Origin: Nitrospirota bacterium
Lineage (GTDB): Bacteria > Nitrospirota > UBA9217
Length of the DNA: 64,000 bases
Direction: 5' to 3'
Assembly: GCA_963840455.1 (NCBI GenBank)
Contig: CAWIYV010000011.1
Span: 672,001 to 736,000, forward strand
Part shown: positions 50,484 to 60,007 of the stretch, piece after piece
Numbering within the stretch: position 1 is the stretch's first letter
Layout: each line of letters begins with the position of its first letter
Translations under genes and position numbers: made by a program
The notes under the pieces: model-generated
Databases searched by the model: none
Told to the model about the DNA's origin: nothing
The model's input: the letters and a program-made list of their open reading frames with translations, nothing else

Positions 50484-51821
50484 TTAGAGGTTCTTTACTG
50501 CTTCCTTGAACTGCCGCCCCCGGTCCTCGAAGTCCTTGAACATGTCGAAGCTCGCGCAGGCAGGCGATAATAGCACTACGTCGCCGCGTGTGGCCCGCGT
50601 TGCGGCAAGCTGCACGGCGTCCCTGAGCGTCTTCGCGAGGACGGTCTCGGTGGATCCACCGAGCGCCCCGGCCATTGTGCCAGCCGCCTTGCCGATAAGG
50701 ATGAGCAGCTTCACCCTTTCCTTGAACAGTCCGGTGAGAGGGCTGAAGTCGCTCCCCTTGTCGAGGCCGCCGGCGATCAGGATCACCGGCCGGGTGAACC
50801 CCTCGACCGACTTCATCACGGCGCCGACGTTGGTGCCCTTGGAATCGTTGATATAGGTTACGCCGTCCTTTTCCCGCACGAACTCGAGACGGTGTTCGAG
50901 CCCCGGGAACTCCCGGAGGACCGCGGCCACCGAGGCCTGGTCCGCTCCTGCTGCGAGCGCCGCGGCAGATGCGGCCATGGCGTTCTCGATATTGTGCACA
51001 CCCTTGATCAGGATCTCATCGATGCCGCACACGGTCTCTCCGCGTACCATGAGCCGGCCGTTCTCGATATAGGCCCCGGTCTCGTGCTTTTCGGACCGGG
51101 AGAACGGGACCACCCGCGACAGGGCGCGCGACGCCAGGGCCCGCACGAGCGGATCATCGAAGTTCAGGACCAGGACGTCTTCCCTATGCTGGTTCTCAAA
51201 TATCCGCGCCTTGGCCTCGCCGTACTCGGTGATGTCCTTGTACCGGTCCAGGTGGTCCTGGGTGATGTTCAGGACCGCCGCCACGCGGGGCCGGAAGGTG
51301 TCGATGTCCTCGAGCTGAAAGCTCGATAGTTCCACCACGATCCAGTCCTGTCCGTGGAGCAGTTCAGGTGTTTCGGTGAGTGCGTTCCCGATGTTCCCGG
51401 CAACGAGGACCTTTATCCCGGCCTTCTTGAGCATGAGGCCCACGAGCGTCGTGACCGTGGACTTGCCGTTCGTTCCGGTGATCCCTAGGAAGGGGGCATC
51501 GGACAGGAGCCAGCCGAGCTCGAGCTCGCTGATGACCGGCACGCCGTGCCGGCGCGCTGCCAGCACCTGCGGGATCTTCGGCACGCCGGGGGAGAGCACG
51601 ATGAGCCCGGCCTCGACGAATATCCGGTCCGGGTGGCCGCCCGCCTCGATCTTGATCTCCCCACGTCCGAGCGCCTGGACCTGCTCAGCGAGCTGTCCCA
51701 GCGGCTTCTTGTCCGTGATGGTCACGCGGGCACCCAGCGAGTGAAGGACCCGCGCCGCGGCGATGCCGCTCCGCGCCATGCCCACCACCGTCACCCGTTT
51801 ACCGGTAAAATCAGGATGCAC
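50484..51821 (-). CDS. murD: UDP-MurNAc-L-Ala--D-glutamate ligase
   Basis: SPGV, GTNGKST, ELSSFQL, DHLDRY, NDSKGTN, SPACASFD. Confidence 0.96.
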   Translation of the reverse strand: MHPDFTGKRVTVVGMARSGIAAARVLHSLGARVTITDKKPLGQLAEQVQALGRGEIKIEAGGHPDRIFVEAGLIVLSPGVPKIPQVLAARRHGVPVISELELGWLLSDAPFLGITGTNGKSTVTTLVGLMLKKAGIKVLVAGNIGNALTETPELLHGQDWIVVELSSFQLEDIDTFRPRVAAVLNITQDHLDRYKDITEYGEAKARIFENQHREDVLVLNFDDPLVRALASRALSRVVPFSRSEKHETGAYIENGRLMVRGETVCGIDEILIKGVHNIENAMAASAAALAAGADQASVAAVLREFPGLEHRLEFVREKDGVTYINDSKGTNVGAVMKSVEGFTRPVILIAGGLDKGSDFSPLTGLFKERVKLLILIGKAAGTMAGALGGSTETVLAKTLRDAVQLAATRATRGDVVLLSPACASFDMFKDFEDRGRQFKEAVKNL

Positions 51822-51842
51822 ACACCCTCCAACAATTCTTTT

Positions 51843-51923
51843 TTCACCGCAGAGGGCGCAGAGCCCGCTGAGAAATTCAGGCTCGATCCATACCTCTGCG
51901 ATCTCTGCGTTCTCCGCGGTGAA
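51843..51923. repeat. 9-mer x3 periodic palindrome, mraY-murD spacer
   Basis: TTCACCGCAGAG GGCGCAGAG CCCGCTGAG ... CTCTGCGAT CTCTGCGTT CTCCGCGGTGAA. Confidence 0.85.
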
Positions 51924-51930
51924 ACCGTCT

Positions 51931-53013
51931 TTACCGCAGCTTCAGCGAGCTGAGCGACACCAGCGCCAGGATGATCCCCACGATCCAGAACCGGATGATG
52001 ACCTTCGATTCCGGCCAGCCGATCTGCTCGAAGTGGTGGTGGATCGGCGCCATCCTGAAGATGCGCTTCCCGGTCACCTTGTACGATGCGACCTGGAGCA
52101 TGACCGATACGACCTCGGCAACGAAGATACCGCCGGTGATGATCAGGATCAGCTCGTGCTTGGTCACGACCGCGAGGGCCCCCAGCGCCCCTCCCAGGGA
52201 GAGGGAGCCCACATCGCCCATGAACACCTCGGCGGGATGGGCGTTGTACCACAGGAACCCGAGGCTCGCACCCAGGAGCGCGCCGCAGAAGACGACCAGC
52301 TCGCCGCTCCCCGGGATGTACTGGATCTTGAGGTAATCGGCAATGATCCGGTTCCCGCCGACATACACGATGACGGCATTCGCCGTTGCCGCTACGGCCA
52401 CGAGCCCTGCTGCAAGGCCGTCGAGCCCGTCCGTCAGGTTCACGGCGTTGGACGAGCCCACGACCACGAGCGCCGTGAAGGGTATCATGAACCAGCCGAG
52501 GTTGATGACCAGCTGCTTCGCGAAGGGAACCGAAAGGTATGCAGCCGCAGGATCGCCGGAGAAGAAATACAGGAAGACGCCGATGACCAGCGACGCGGCG
52601 ATCTGGAGCCCGAACTTCTCCACAGCGCGGAGCCCCGTGGAGCGCCGCTTCACCACTTTCAAGTAATCGTCCCACAGGCCGATGCCGCCGAACGACAGGG
52701 TCGCAAAGAGCACGACCCATACGTACTTGTTGGTCAGGTCCGACCAGAGGAGGACCGATAGGGCGATGGCCGCGATCAGCAGCAGGCCTCCCATGGTCGG
52801 CGTGCCCTGCTTGGTCAGGTGGGTCTGGGGTCCGTCATCGCGCACCTGCTGGCCCACCTTGAGCAATCGCAGCCGCCGGATGATCACCGGGCCGAGCAGG
52901 AAGCTCACCACGAGCGCCGTGATCACCGCGCCGGCGCTGCGGAACGTCAGGTACCGGAATACATTGAACCCGGAGAACGTCTTGCTGAGCGGGTAGAGCA
53001 GGTGATAAAGCAT
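51931..53013 (-). CDS. mraY: Phospho-MurNAc-pentapeptide transferase
   Basis: KQGTPTMGG, DDYLK, NAVNLTDGLDGL, FMGDVG, MAPIHHHFE. Confidence 0.97.
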   Translation of the reverse strand: MLYHLLYPLSKTFSGFNVFRYLTFRSAGAVITALVVSFLLGPVIIRRLRLLKVGQQVRDDGPQTHLTKQGTPTMGGLLLIAAIALSVLLWSDLTNKYVWVVLFATLSFGGIGLWDDYLKVVKRRSTGLRAVEKFGLQIAASLVIGVFLYFFSGDPAAAYLSVPFAKQLVINLGWFMIPFTALVVVGSSNAVNLTDGLDGLAAGLVAVAATANAVIVYVGGNRIIADYLKIQYIPGSGELVVFCGALLGASLGFLWYNAHPAEVFMGDVGSLSLGGALGALAVVTKHELILIITGGIFVAEVVSVMLQVASYKVTGKRIFRMAPIHHHFEQIGWPESKVIIRFWIVGIILALVSLSSLKLR

Positions 53014-54392
53014 CAGAACCCCTCCAGAACTTTTTCCATCTTCATGCCGCGCGACCCTTTGACGAGGACCGTGTCGCCCGGCCGCGAATGCTCCCGCAGG
53101 AGTGCGGCGCCCCGTGAGGTCGTTTCAGCCTCGAATACCCTGTTGCGGGCCATGCCCGCCGCGACCGCCCCCTCGGCGATGTGCCGGGCGAGCGGTCCCA
53201 CGCAGATCAGAAGGTCGATGCCCAGGCTGGACGCGGTCCGTCCCGTGTCGCGGTGCGCTTCCGCCGCCGTCTCGCCGAGCTCCAGCATGTCGCCCAGCAC
53301 GGCAACGGCGCGCTTCCCGCCCTTGAGCGAGGCCAGCGTCTCGAGGGCGGCCTTGACCGAGGCCGGGTTCGCGTTGTAGTAGTCGGCGAGGACCGTCCGG
53401 CCGTTCAGGACCCTGAGCTCGGAGCGCATGGCCACCGGCCGGAACTCCTCAAGGCCGAACTTCACGGTCTCAAGCGGAAGTCCCGTGGCAAGCGCCCCAG
53501 CGGCCGCTGCCAGGGCGTTGTACACGTTGTGCCTCCCCACGGTCCGCAGCCGGACCAGGACCGACCGCCCGGCGGCGTGGAGCGTAAGGTCCGTCAGGTC
53601 GCGCTCCTGGCGGATGTCCTTTGCCTGCACGTCGGCTTGCCGGTCGATGCCGAAGGAGAGGACGCGGCCGGAATACTTGCTCCGGAGCGTGGTAAAATAC
53701 CGGTCGTCGGCGTTCAGCACCGCGGTTCCGTCGGACCGCATCATTTGCAGCAGTTCGCCCTTCGCTTGGGCGACCGTGTCCGTGCTGCCGAGAAACTGGA
53801 GGTGCGCCGGCCCGATGTTCGTGATCACGCCCACCGAGGGCATGGCGAGCCGCGCCAGCGTCTCGATCTCGCCCAAGCCGCTCATGCCCATCTCGATGAT
53901 GGCGGCCTTGTGCCGTGCCTCCAGCTTCAGGAGCGTGAGCGGCACTCCGATGTGGTTGTTCAGATTCCCTTCGTTCTTGAGCACCGGTCCTTGCTGGAGC
54001 AGGATGGCGGCAAGCATCTCCTTGGTCGTGGTCTTGCCATTCGTTCCCGTGACGGCGATGACGGGCAGAAGGAACTTCTTCCGGTGCATCAGCGCCATCT
54101 CCTGGAGGGAGAAAAGCGTGTCCTCAACGGGAATGACGTTCTTGAGGCCGCTGATGTCGGCGTACTTCGCCTCCAGGGCGCTCCGGTCCACGATCGCCCC
54201 CCAGGCGCCCTTCCGGATCGCGTCGGGGACGAAGTCGTGTCCGTCGTACCGCTCGCCCCGGATGGCGATGAAGAGCTCGCCTTCCTTGACCGTCCGGGAG
54301 TCTATGGATATCCCCTTGATCTCCATCTGCTGAAGCCTTTTCTGAAGCTGCTCGAGCGTTTTCTTATCCTGATCGTTCATGGTCCCGTGCAC
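53013..54392 (-). CDS. murF: UDP-MurNAc-tripeptide--D-Ala-D-Ala ligase (start may be ATG 54380)
   Basis: SIDSR, DGHDF, GTNGKTTTKE, GNLNNHIG, YNANP, GDMLELG, KGSRG. Confidence 0.95.
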   Translation of the reverse strand: MHGTMNDQDKKTLEQLQKRLQQMEIKGISIDSRTVKEGELFIAIRGERYDGHDFVPDAIRKGAWGAIVDRSALEAKYADISGLKNVIPVEDTLFSLQEMALMHRKKFLLPVIAVTGTNGKTTTKEMLAAILLQQGPVLKNEGNLNNHIGVPLTLLKLEARHKAAIIEMGMSGLGEIETLARLAMPSVGVITNIGPAHLQFLGSTDTVAQAKGELLQMMRSDGTAVLNADDRYFTTLRSKYSGRVLSFGIDRQADVQAKDIRQERDLTDLTLHAAGRSVLVRLRTVGRHNVYNALAAAAGALATGLPLETVKFGLEEFRPVAMRSELRVLNGRTVLADYYNANPASVKAALETLASLKGGKRAVAVLGDMLELGETAAEAHRDTGRTASSLGIDLLICVGPLARHIAEGAVAAGMARNRVFEAETTSRGAALLREHSRPGDTVLVKGSRGMKMEKVLEGF

Positions 54393-54401
54393 ACGCGAAC
54401 G

Positions 54402-55949
54402 TCATGCTTTCGTCGCGCCCCGCGCTCCGTTCTTCGCACTGCGTTTTGCTATCGCCGTCCGCGCCTGCTCCCGGTCGTCGAAATGGTGCTTCGTGGAGCC
54501 GACGATCTGATAATCTTCGTGGCCCTTCCCGGCGATCACCACGATGTCGCCGGGCTCCGCGAGGGAAACCGCAGTGTCGATGGCCTCCGCGCGATCGGGA
54601 ATGACCAGGTACGGCGTCGGCCCGCCCTGGGCCGTGATCTCACCGAAACGCGACACCTTGCGCCCGCTGCCCATGCCCGTCTCGATCTCGGCGATGATGG
54701 CCTGCGCGTCCTCGGTCCTCGGATTGTCGGACGTCACGATGACGATATCGCTGCCCAGCACTGCCGCGGCCCCCATCTTCGGCCTTTTGGTGCGGTCGCG
54801 GTCGCCGCCGCACCCGAAGACCGTGATCACCCGCTTCACCGCGACCTCGCGCACCGCCTCGAGGAGCCGGAGGAGTGCGTCCTCGGTGTGGGCATAGTCA
54901 ACGAATACCCCGAAGGGCTGCCCTGCATCCACCTTCTCCATGCGGCCGGGGACGGCCTTCATTCTGCTGATGCCTGCGACGACGGCGTCGCGGGGAAAGC
55001 CCAGCGCAAGCCCCATGCCGACCGCCGTCAGGATATTGTAGATGTTGTGCCTCCCCACGAGCGGTGATTCGATGTTGATGGTGCCTGCCGGTGTGGTCGC
55101 GGTAAAGGTCAATCCGCCGAGCCCCTGGTCGACGGGGCCGGCGGGCCTTATATCGGCCTGTTGCGAAAGACCGAAGGTGATGATCCGCGCACGGGTATTC
55201 GCGATGATGTCGCCTGCCCGCGCATCGTCGCTGTTCACGACCACGACCGCATCAGGTGCAAGCCCGGAGAACAGCCGGAGCTTGGCCTGGAAGTAGGCCT
55301 CCATGGTCTCATGAAAATCCAGGTGGTCCTGCGTCAGGTTCGTGAACGCGGCAGTCCGGAACTCGCAGCCCTCGGTCCTTCCCAGGGCGAGTGCATGGGA
55401 CGAGACCTCCATAACGCAATAGCTCACGCCGCCCCCGGCCATCTCGGCCAGCAGCCGCTGCAGGTCCAGCGATTCCGGTGTGGTGTTCGGCGCCGGGTAG
55501 ACCGTCTTGCCGATACGGTAGTCGATGGTGCCGATCAACCCCGCGGTATGGCCTGCGGCCTCGATGATCGATCGCACCAGATAGCTCGTCGTGGTCTTGC
55601 CGTTCGTCCCGGTGATGCCGGCGAGGGCAAGGCGGCGCGAGGGATACTCGTAGAACCGCGCCGCGAGACGCGCCAGCGCCCGACGGGAGTCCGGCACGCG
55701 GATGATCGGCGTGTCCGGAAGCGCTTCGATCCGGACGTTTTCCTCTACCACGACAGCCGCCGCACCCTGCCGGACGGCCTGCGGAACAAAGTGATGGCCG
55801 TCCGAGTGAAATCCTCGCACGGCCACAAAGACTGCACCGGGTGACGCCTTCCGTGAATCCTGCACAAGGTCGGTCACCTCGCGCTGGCGCCACGGTCCGG
55901 GGAGTTCGCCTACCCCGTCCAGCGCGGAAACCAGCTCACCCAGCTTCAT
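54402..55949 (-). CDS. murE: UDP-MurNAc-dipeptide--meso-DAP ligase
   Basis: GTNGKTT, MEVSSH, DYAHT, GCGGDRD, DNPR (DAP specificity), GKGHE. Confidence 0.97.
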   Translation of the reverse strand: MKLGELVSALDGVGELPGPWRQREVTDLVQDSRKASPGAVFVAVRGFHSDGHHFVPQAVRQGAAAVVVEENVRIEALPDTPIIRVPDSRRALARLAARFYEYPSRRLALAGITGTNGKTTTSYLVRSIIEAAGHTAGLIGTIDYRIGKTVYPAPNTTPESLDLQRLLAEMAGGGVSYCVMEVSSHALALGRTEGCEFRTAAFTNLTQDHLDFHETMEAYFQAKLRLFSGLAPDAVVVVNSDDARAGDIIANTRARIITFGLSQQADIRPAGPVDQGLGGLTFTATTPAGTINIESPLVGRHNIYNILTAVGMGLALGFPRDAVVAGISRMKAVPGRMEKVDAGQPFGVFVDYAHTEDALLRLLEAVREVAVKRVITVFGCGGDRDRTKRPKMGAAAVLGSDIVIVTSDNPRTEDAQAIIAEIETGMGSGRKVSRFGEITAQGGPTPYLVIPDRAEAIDTAVSLAEPGDIVVIAGKGHEDYQIVGSTKHHFDDREQARTAIAKRSAKNGARGATKA

Positions 55950-57688
55950 TGCGACACCAGGAGCATCCTGCCCCCCAGATCGTCCGGCCGCACCTGCAGG
56001 TAGGTCAGGCTCTGCTCCGCCACGGCCTTGAAGACCGGAGCCGCGACGCTGCCTCCCCAGGTGACGCCGACCGGGCTGTCGACCATCACCACGATGACCA
56101 GCTTCGGCGTCCCTGCCGGCGCGAAGCCGGCGAAGGAGCTCACATAATCCTCTTTCGAATAGTGGCCCGTGCGCTGGTCGATCTTCTGAGCCGTGCCCGT
56201 CTTGCCCGCTGCGCTGTAACCCGCTGGCTTTGCCTTCTGTCCGGTCCCTGTTTCGACCGCCTTCTGCAGGATCTGCCTGACCGTCCGGCTCGTCTCTTCG
56301 GACACCGCACGGCCGACAGCCACAGGTCCGACGGTCACCAGCTCCCTGCCTTCCTTGTCCTTCGGATCCCTGATCTCGGAAACGAGATAGGGCTTCATGA
56401 GGATGCCTCCGTTGGCGATGGCGCTATAGGCCGCGGCCATCTGGATGGGTGTGACGCCGATCTCCTGGCCGATGGATATGGAGCCGAGCGAAACGCCGGA
56501 CCACAGCCGGTGGTCCTTGACGAGCCCGGCGATCTCACCGGGAAGGTCGACGCCGGTCTTCCTGCCGAACCCGAATGCCGAAAGGTACTTCGCGAAGCGG
56601 GCCTTGCCCAGCCGCTGGGCGACCTTGATGGTCCCTACGTTGCTCGACTCGGCGATGACGTCGGCGAAGGTGAGCACACCGTTCCTGTGCACGTCCTTGA
56701 TCACCCGATCTGCCACCTGGATGCTCCCGGCGCTGCAGTCGATCCGCTCCTGAGGATGGACCACCTTCTCCTCGAGGGCCGCTGATGCCGTTACCATCTT
56801 GAAGATGGAGCCCGGCTCGAACGCATCGGTCACCGCCCGGTTCCGCCACTCCTCGGGCCGGTACTGCTTCGGCTCGTTGGGGTTGAACGCGCCCCGCCCG
56901 CGCAGGGTGGAGCGGACAGAGAGCGCCAAGACCTCTCCCGTCTGAGGGTTCATGACGATGCAGACCCCGCCGCGGGCCTTCGATTCGGCGAGGCCCTTGT
57001 CGAGCTCCTTCTCGGCGATGTGCTGGATGACCTCGTCGAGCGTGAGCGTGATGTCCTTGCCCGCCTGGGGCTGCCTGAACTGAAATCCATGGCCGCCGGG
57101 AAACACGGTCCGGCCGCGGGCATCCTTCTCCGCAAGCACCAGGCCGTCAACGCCCCGGAGCATGGAGTCGTACCACAACTCAACGCCCTCGATGCCCTTG
57201 TTGTCCACGTTGGTAAAGCCGAGCACGGTACCTGCCAAGGTCTTCTTGGGATAGAACCGGCGGGACTCCGTCTGGAGGCCGATGGCCGAGCGGTCGAGGT
57301 CCCGCACCCGTTCGGCCCGTACCGGATCCACCTTGCGGCTGAGCCAGACAAAGCGGCGGTCACTGGCGAGCCGCCGCTCGAGCTCTGCTGGGTTCTCGTG
57401 CAGGATGCGGGCGAGCTCCCGCGCGACAGGCCGTGGATTCCCGACCTCTGTCGGCACGCCGTACACGGAATCCACGTCCACGCTCACCGCGAGCTCGCGG
57501 CCCCTGCGGTCGACGATGGTCCCCCGCTTGGGCTCGAGCTTCACGAGCCGCTCCTGCTGGCGCTCGGCGCGGCGCGACAGTTCCCCGTGCTCGATGATCT
57601 GCAGATGGACGAGCCGGAGCCCGACGGCCGCGAAACCCGCGCCCATCAACAGGAGAACGAACAGTATGCGACCCCGTTTTTCCCTCAT
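55946..57688 (-). CDS. ftsI: Class B penicillin-binding protein FtsI (PBP3)
   Basis: EPGSIFK (SxxK), SSN, KTGT; N-terminal TM; dcw position. Confidence 0.93.
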   Translation of the reverse strand: MREKRGRILFVLLLMGAGFAAVGLRLVHLQIIEHGELSRRAERQQERLVKLEPKRGTIVDRRGRELAVSVDVDSVYGVPTEVGNPRPVARELARILHENPAELERRLASDRRFVWLSRKVDPVRAERVRDLDRSAIGLQTESRRFYPKKTLAGTVLGFTNVDNKGIEGVELWYDSMLRGVDGLVLAEKDARGRTVFPGGHGFQFRQPQAGKDITLTLDEVIQHIAEKELDKGLAESKARGGVCIVMNPQTGEVLALSVRSTLRGRGAFNPNEPKQYRPEEWRNRAVTDAFEPGSIFKMVTASAALEEKVVHPQERIDCSAGSIQVADRVIKDVHRNGVLTFADVIAESSNVGTIKVAQRLGKARFAKYLSAFGFGRKTGVDLPGEIAGLVKDHRLWSGVSLGSISIGQEIGVTPIQMAAAYSAIANGGILMKPYLVSEIRDPKDKEGRELVTVGPVAVGRAVSEETSRTVRQILQKAVETGTGQKAKPAGYSAAGKTGTAQKIDQRTGHYSKEDYVSSFAGFAPAGTPKLVIVVMVDSPVGVTWGGSVAAPVFKAVAEQSLTYLQVRPDDLGGRMLLVSQ

Positions 57689-57728
57689 GTCCTTGATAAT
57701 CCGGCGGCATGGCCCCCGGTGACTGTCC

Positions 57729-58088
57729 TTACTTCGCGGGAGGCTGCAACTCGCTTCCCGCGGCGTCCGCCTTTTTCCGTTTTACGACCACCACATTCTC
57801 TTTTGACGGCCGGACCATGCCAAGCCGCTTTACAGCGATATCCTCGATCCTTCCTGGCGCCGAGAGGCTCGAAGCCTCGATCTGGAGCGAGCGGTTCATG
57901 CGTTCAAGATCGCGCTTCTGTTTCTCCAGCTCCTCGATCTGGTATCCCAGCCGCATGATCTGCACCTTGCCACCCACGTACAGCATCAGGACCAGCACGA
58001 CGAAGCCGGAGATCAGCACCAGGCGCAGGTTGCTGCTCCTTGTCCGGGGGAACGGGAAGGACCCGATATTTCCGGCACGAGTGTTCAT
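57729..58088 (-). CDS. ftsL: Cell division protein FtsL
   Basis: TM + leucine-zipper + RIE.IA..RLGM..P; ATGA overlap with rsmH. Confidence 0.85.
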   Translation of the reverse strand: MNTRAGNIGSFPFPRTRSSNLRLVLISGFVVLVLMLYVGGKVQIMRLGYQIEELEKQKRDLERMNRSLQIEASSLSAPGRIEDIAVKRLGMVRPSKENVVVVKRKKADAAGSELQPPAK

Positions 58089-59032
58089 ACAGATAATTTC
58101 TCCGCCGCCCGGAGTTTCGCGCTTCGGGCGGCCGGATTCGCTGCGGTCTCGTCCTCCGATGCCATCAACGGCCGCTTCGTCAGGACCTTCAGGTCCGGCT
58201 TCTTCCCGCACCGGCACACCGGGAGTCGGGGAGGACAGATGCAGCCCTTCGCGTGCGCCGCGAAGGCCTGCTTCACGATGCGGTCCTCGAGAGAGTGGAA
58301 CGAGATGATTGCCACTCGGCCGCCGGGCTTGAGCAGGCTGACCGCCTGTTCCAGCCCGTCGCGCAGGGCACCCAACTCGTCATTCACGGCGATTCGCAGC
58401 GCCTGGAAGGTCAGCGTGGCGGGATGGGTCCGCCGGGGAGGATACGGTGGGAACACGGTGGAAACTATCTGTGCAAGTTGCGTGGTACTGGTGATCGGCT
58501 CCCGGTCCCTCGCCCGTTCAATGGCCTTCGCTATGGCATATGCCTTATTATCTTCGCCGTACTCGCGGATGATGCGAGCAAGATCGTGCCGGGACAGGGT
58601 GTTCACCAGGTCCGCGGCCGTGGTGGAACGGCCCGCATCCATCCGCATGTCCAGGGGGCCCTCCGTCATGAAGCTGAAACCGCGCTCCGGGCTCCTGAGA
58701 TGGAACCAGGAAAGCCCCAGGTCCAGCAGGACGCCGTCAACACACTCGATCTTGAGCTCGGCGAGGACCTGCTTCAGGTCGCGGAAATTCGCCTGGCAGA
58801 TGATCGCACGCCCGCCGTACCGTGCCAGCCGTTCCCGGCTCCGGGCCACGGCTTCCTTGTCCTGGTCCAGACCGACCAGAACGCCGTCGGGTTCCGAGCG
58901 CTTCAGGACCTCTTCCGCATGGCCGCCGCCGCCGAGCGTGCCGTCAACATACACGCCGCCCGGCCGGGGAGCGACCAGATCCACCGCCTCGCGGAGCAGA
59001 ACGGTTGTGTGTTCCAATTGCGGATTATGCAT
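58085..59032 (-). CDS. rsmH: 16S rRNA m4C1402 methyltransferase RsmH (start ATG 59032 or TTG 59017)
   Basis: H..VLL.E, DGTLGGGGH, DLGLS, PLDMRM, FQALRIAVN, FHSLEDR, ARSAKLR. Confidence 0.95.
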   Translation of the reverse strand: MHNPQLEHTTVLLREAVDLVAPRPGGVYVDGTLGGGGHAEEVLKRSEPDGVLVGLDQDKEAVARSRERLARYGGRAIICQANFRDLKQVLAELKIECVDGVLLDLGLSWFHLRSPERGFSFMTEGPLDMRMDAGRSTTAADLVNTLSRHDLARIIREYGEDNKAYAIAKAIERARDREPITSTTQLAQIVSTVFPPYPPRRTHPATLTFQALRIAVNDELGALRDGLEQAVSLLKPGGRVAIISFHSLEDRIVKQAFAAHAKGCICPPRLPVCRCGKKPDLKVLTKRPLMASEDETAANPAARSAKLRAAEKLSV

Positions 59033-59120
59033 TTCGGATTGCGGATTGAACCTCTCACCGAACACCGCGCTTCGCGAATCCGCGCTCACAATCCACAATT
59101 CGTAATCCGCATTCCGCAAT
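59017..59120. repeat. 7-mer periodic palindrome (ATTGCGG.../CCGCAAT) overlapping the rsmH start
   Basis: attgcggattatgcatttcggattgcggattg ... aatccgcgctcacaatccacaattcgtaatccgcattccgcaat. Confidence 0.8.
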
Positions 59121-59126
59121 GCATCT

Positions 59127-59492
59127 TCAGAGCCCCAGCGGGAGGTTCGTCTCCACATCCTTCAGGGCGACGCCATAGCTCTTCGCCGCCTGGCCCACGG
59201 TATCGAATACCGGGAACGCCTCGAGGACGCCGGTGGTCTTGAAAATGTTCTTGATATAATCGGAAAGGGCGGCAAGCCGGATGTCGCCGCCAAAGGATTG
59301 GAGCCGCTTCTTCTCATCCGCGAGGGAAGGAAGGATGGCGAAGTTGACATGTTCCACGGCCTCGAAGTTCAGGATCAGGCCGTACATCTCTCCTTTGATC
59401 AGCTGGCCGACTATGCGGCTGATCTCGGCCATCTTGGCCGCGTCGACCTCTCCTTCGAGGTTCATCTGATATATCTTGATCTTTCCCTCCAT
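59127..59492 (-). CDS. STAS / anti-sigma-factor-antagonist-like protein
   Basis: L.GEVD, LILNF..V.H.N, GG.IRLA.L...IKNIF..TG....FP.F pattern. Confidence 0.8.
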   Translation of the reverse strand: MEGKIKIYQMNLEGEVDAAKMAEISRIVGQLIKGEMYGLILNFEAVEHVNFAILPSLADEKKRLQSFGGDIRLAALSDYIKNIFKTTGVLEAFPVFDTVGQAAKSYGVALKDVETNLPLGL

Positions 59493-59495
59493 CGC

Positions 59496-59930
59496 TTATA
59501 GGCCCAGCGTGGACAGCACCTCTCCGATCTTATCGCCATTCTGGGGACGCCTCGCTTCCCAGGCCGCCCTGTCCCAGATCTCCATCTTGTTGATGATCCC
59601 CACGACCATCACGCCCTTGCTGATGCCTGCACGCTCGCGGAGCGCCGGCGGGATGAGGATGCGGCCCTGCTTGTCGAGCTCGCACTCCGTGGCGTTCGAG
59701 AATACGAACCGCGTGAAGTCCTTCACTTCCTTCTGCGACTGGGGAAGGGCTTTGATCTTCTCCTCGACGCGCTCCCATTCCTCAAGGGGGTAGGCCATGA
59801 TGCATTTGTCGAAGTCCATGGTGAGCACGAGCTTGCCTTCGTATCGCTCCGCGAGGATGTCGCGGAAACGCGATGGGACGCTCACTCTTCCCTTGGAATC
59901 GACACTATGTTCGAAGCTGCCGCGGAACAT
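59496..59930 (-). CDS. mraZ: Division/cell wall cluster repressor MraZ
   Basis: Two DxKGR/DKQGR motifs, EIW. Confidence 0.97.
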   Translation of the reverse strand: MFRGSFEHSVDSKGRVSVPSRFRDILAERYEGKLVLTMDFDKCIMAYPLEEWERVEEKIKALPQSQKEVKDFTRFVFSNATECELDKQGRILIPPALRERAGISKGVMVVGIINKMEIWDRAAWEARRPQNGDKIGEVLSTLGL

Positions 59931-59944
59931 TCAGCTCACCCTCT

Positions 59945-59968
59945 CCACCCTTCCCCACTTTATACCAC
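59945..59968 (-). promoter_or_regulatory. MraZ operator (GTGG-N6 x3)
   Basis: CCAC at 59945, 59955 and 59965 (10-bp period) between promoter and mraZ. Confidence 0.8.
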
Positions 59969-59978
59969 TATTGCGCAA

Positions 59979-60007
59979 AGTATAACTATCCACAAGACTT
60001 CTGTCAA
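59979..60007 (-). promoter_or_regulatory. sigma70 dcw promoter
   Basis: TTGACA-17-TATACT on minus. Confidence 0.75.

Noticed and set aside
53181-55067. 628-aa plus-strand ORF (also 47072-48619, 41268-42605, 7634-9175, 31751-32872)
   Set aside because: Antisense shadows of well-conserved genes; high-GC codon bias suppresses stops on the opposite strand; no motifs.
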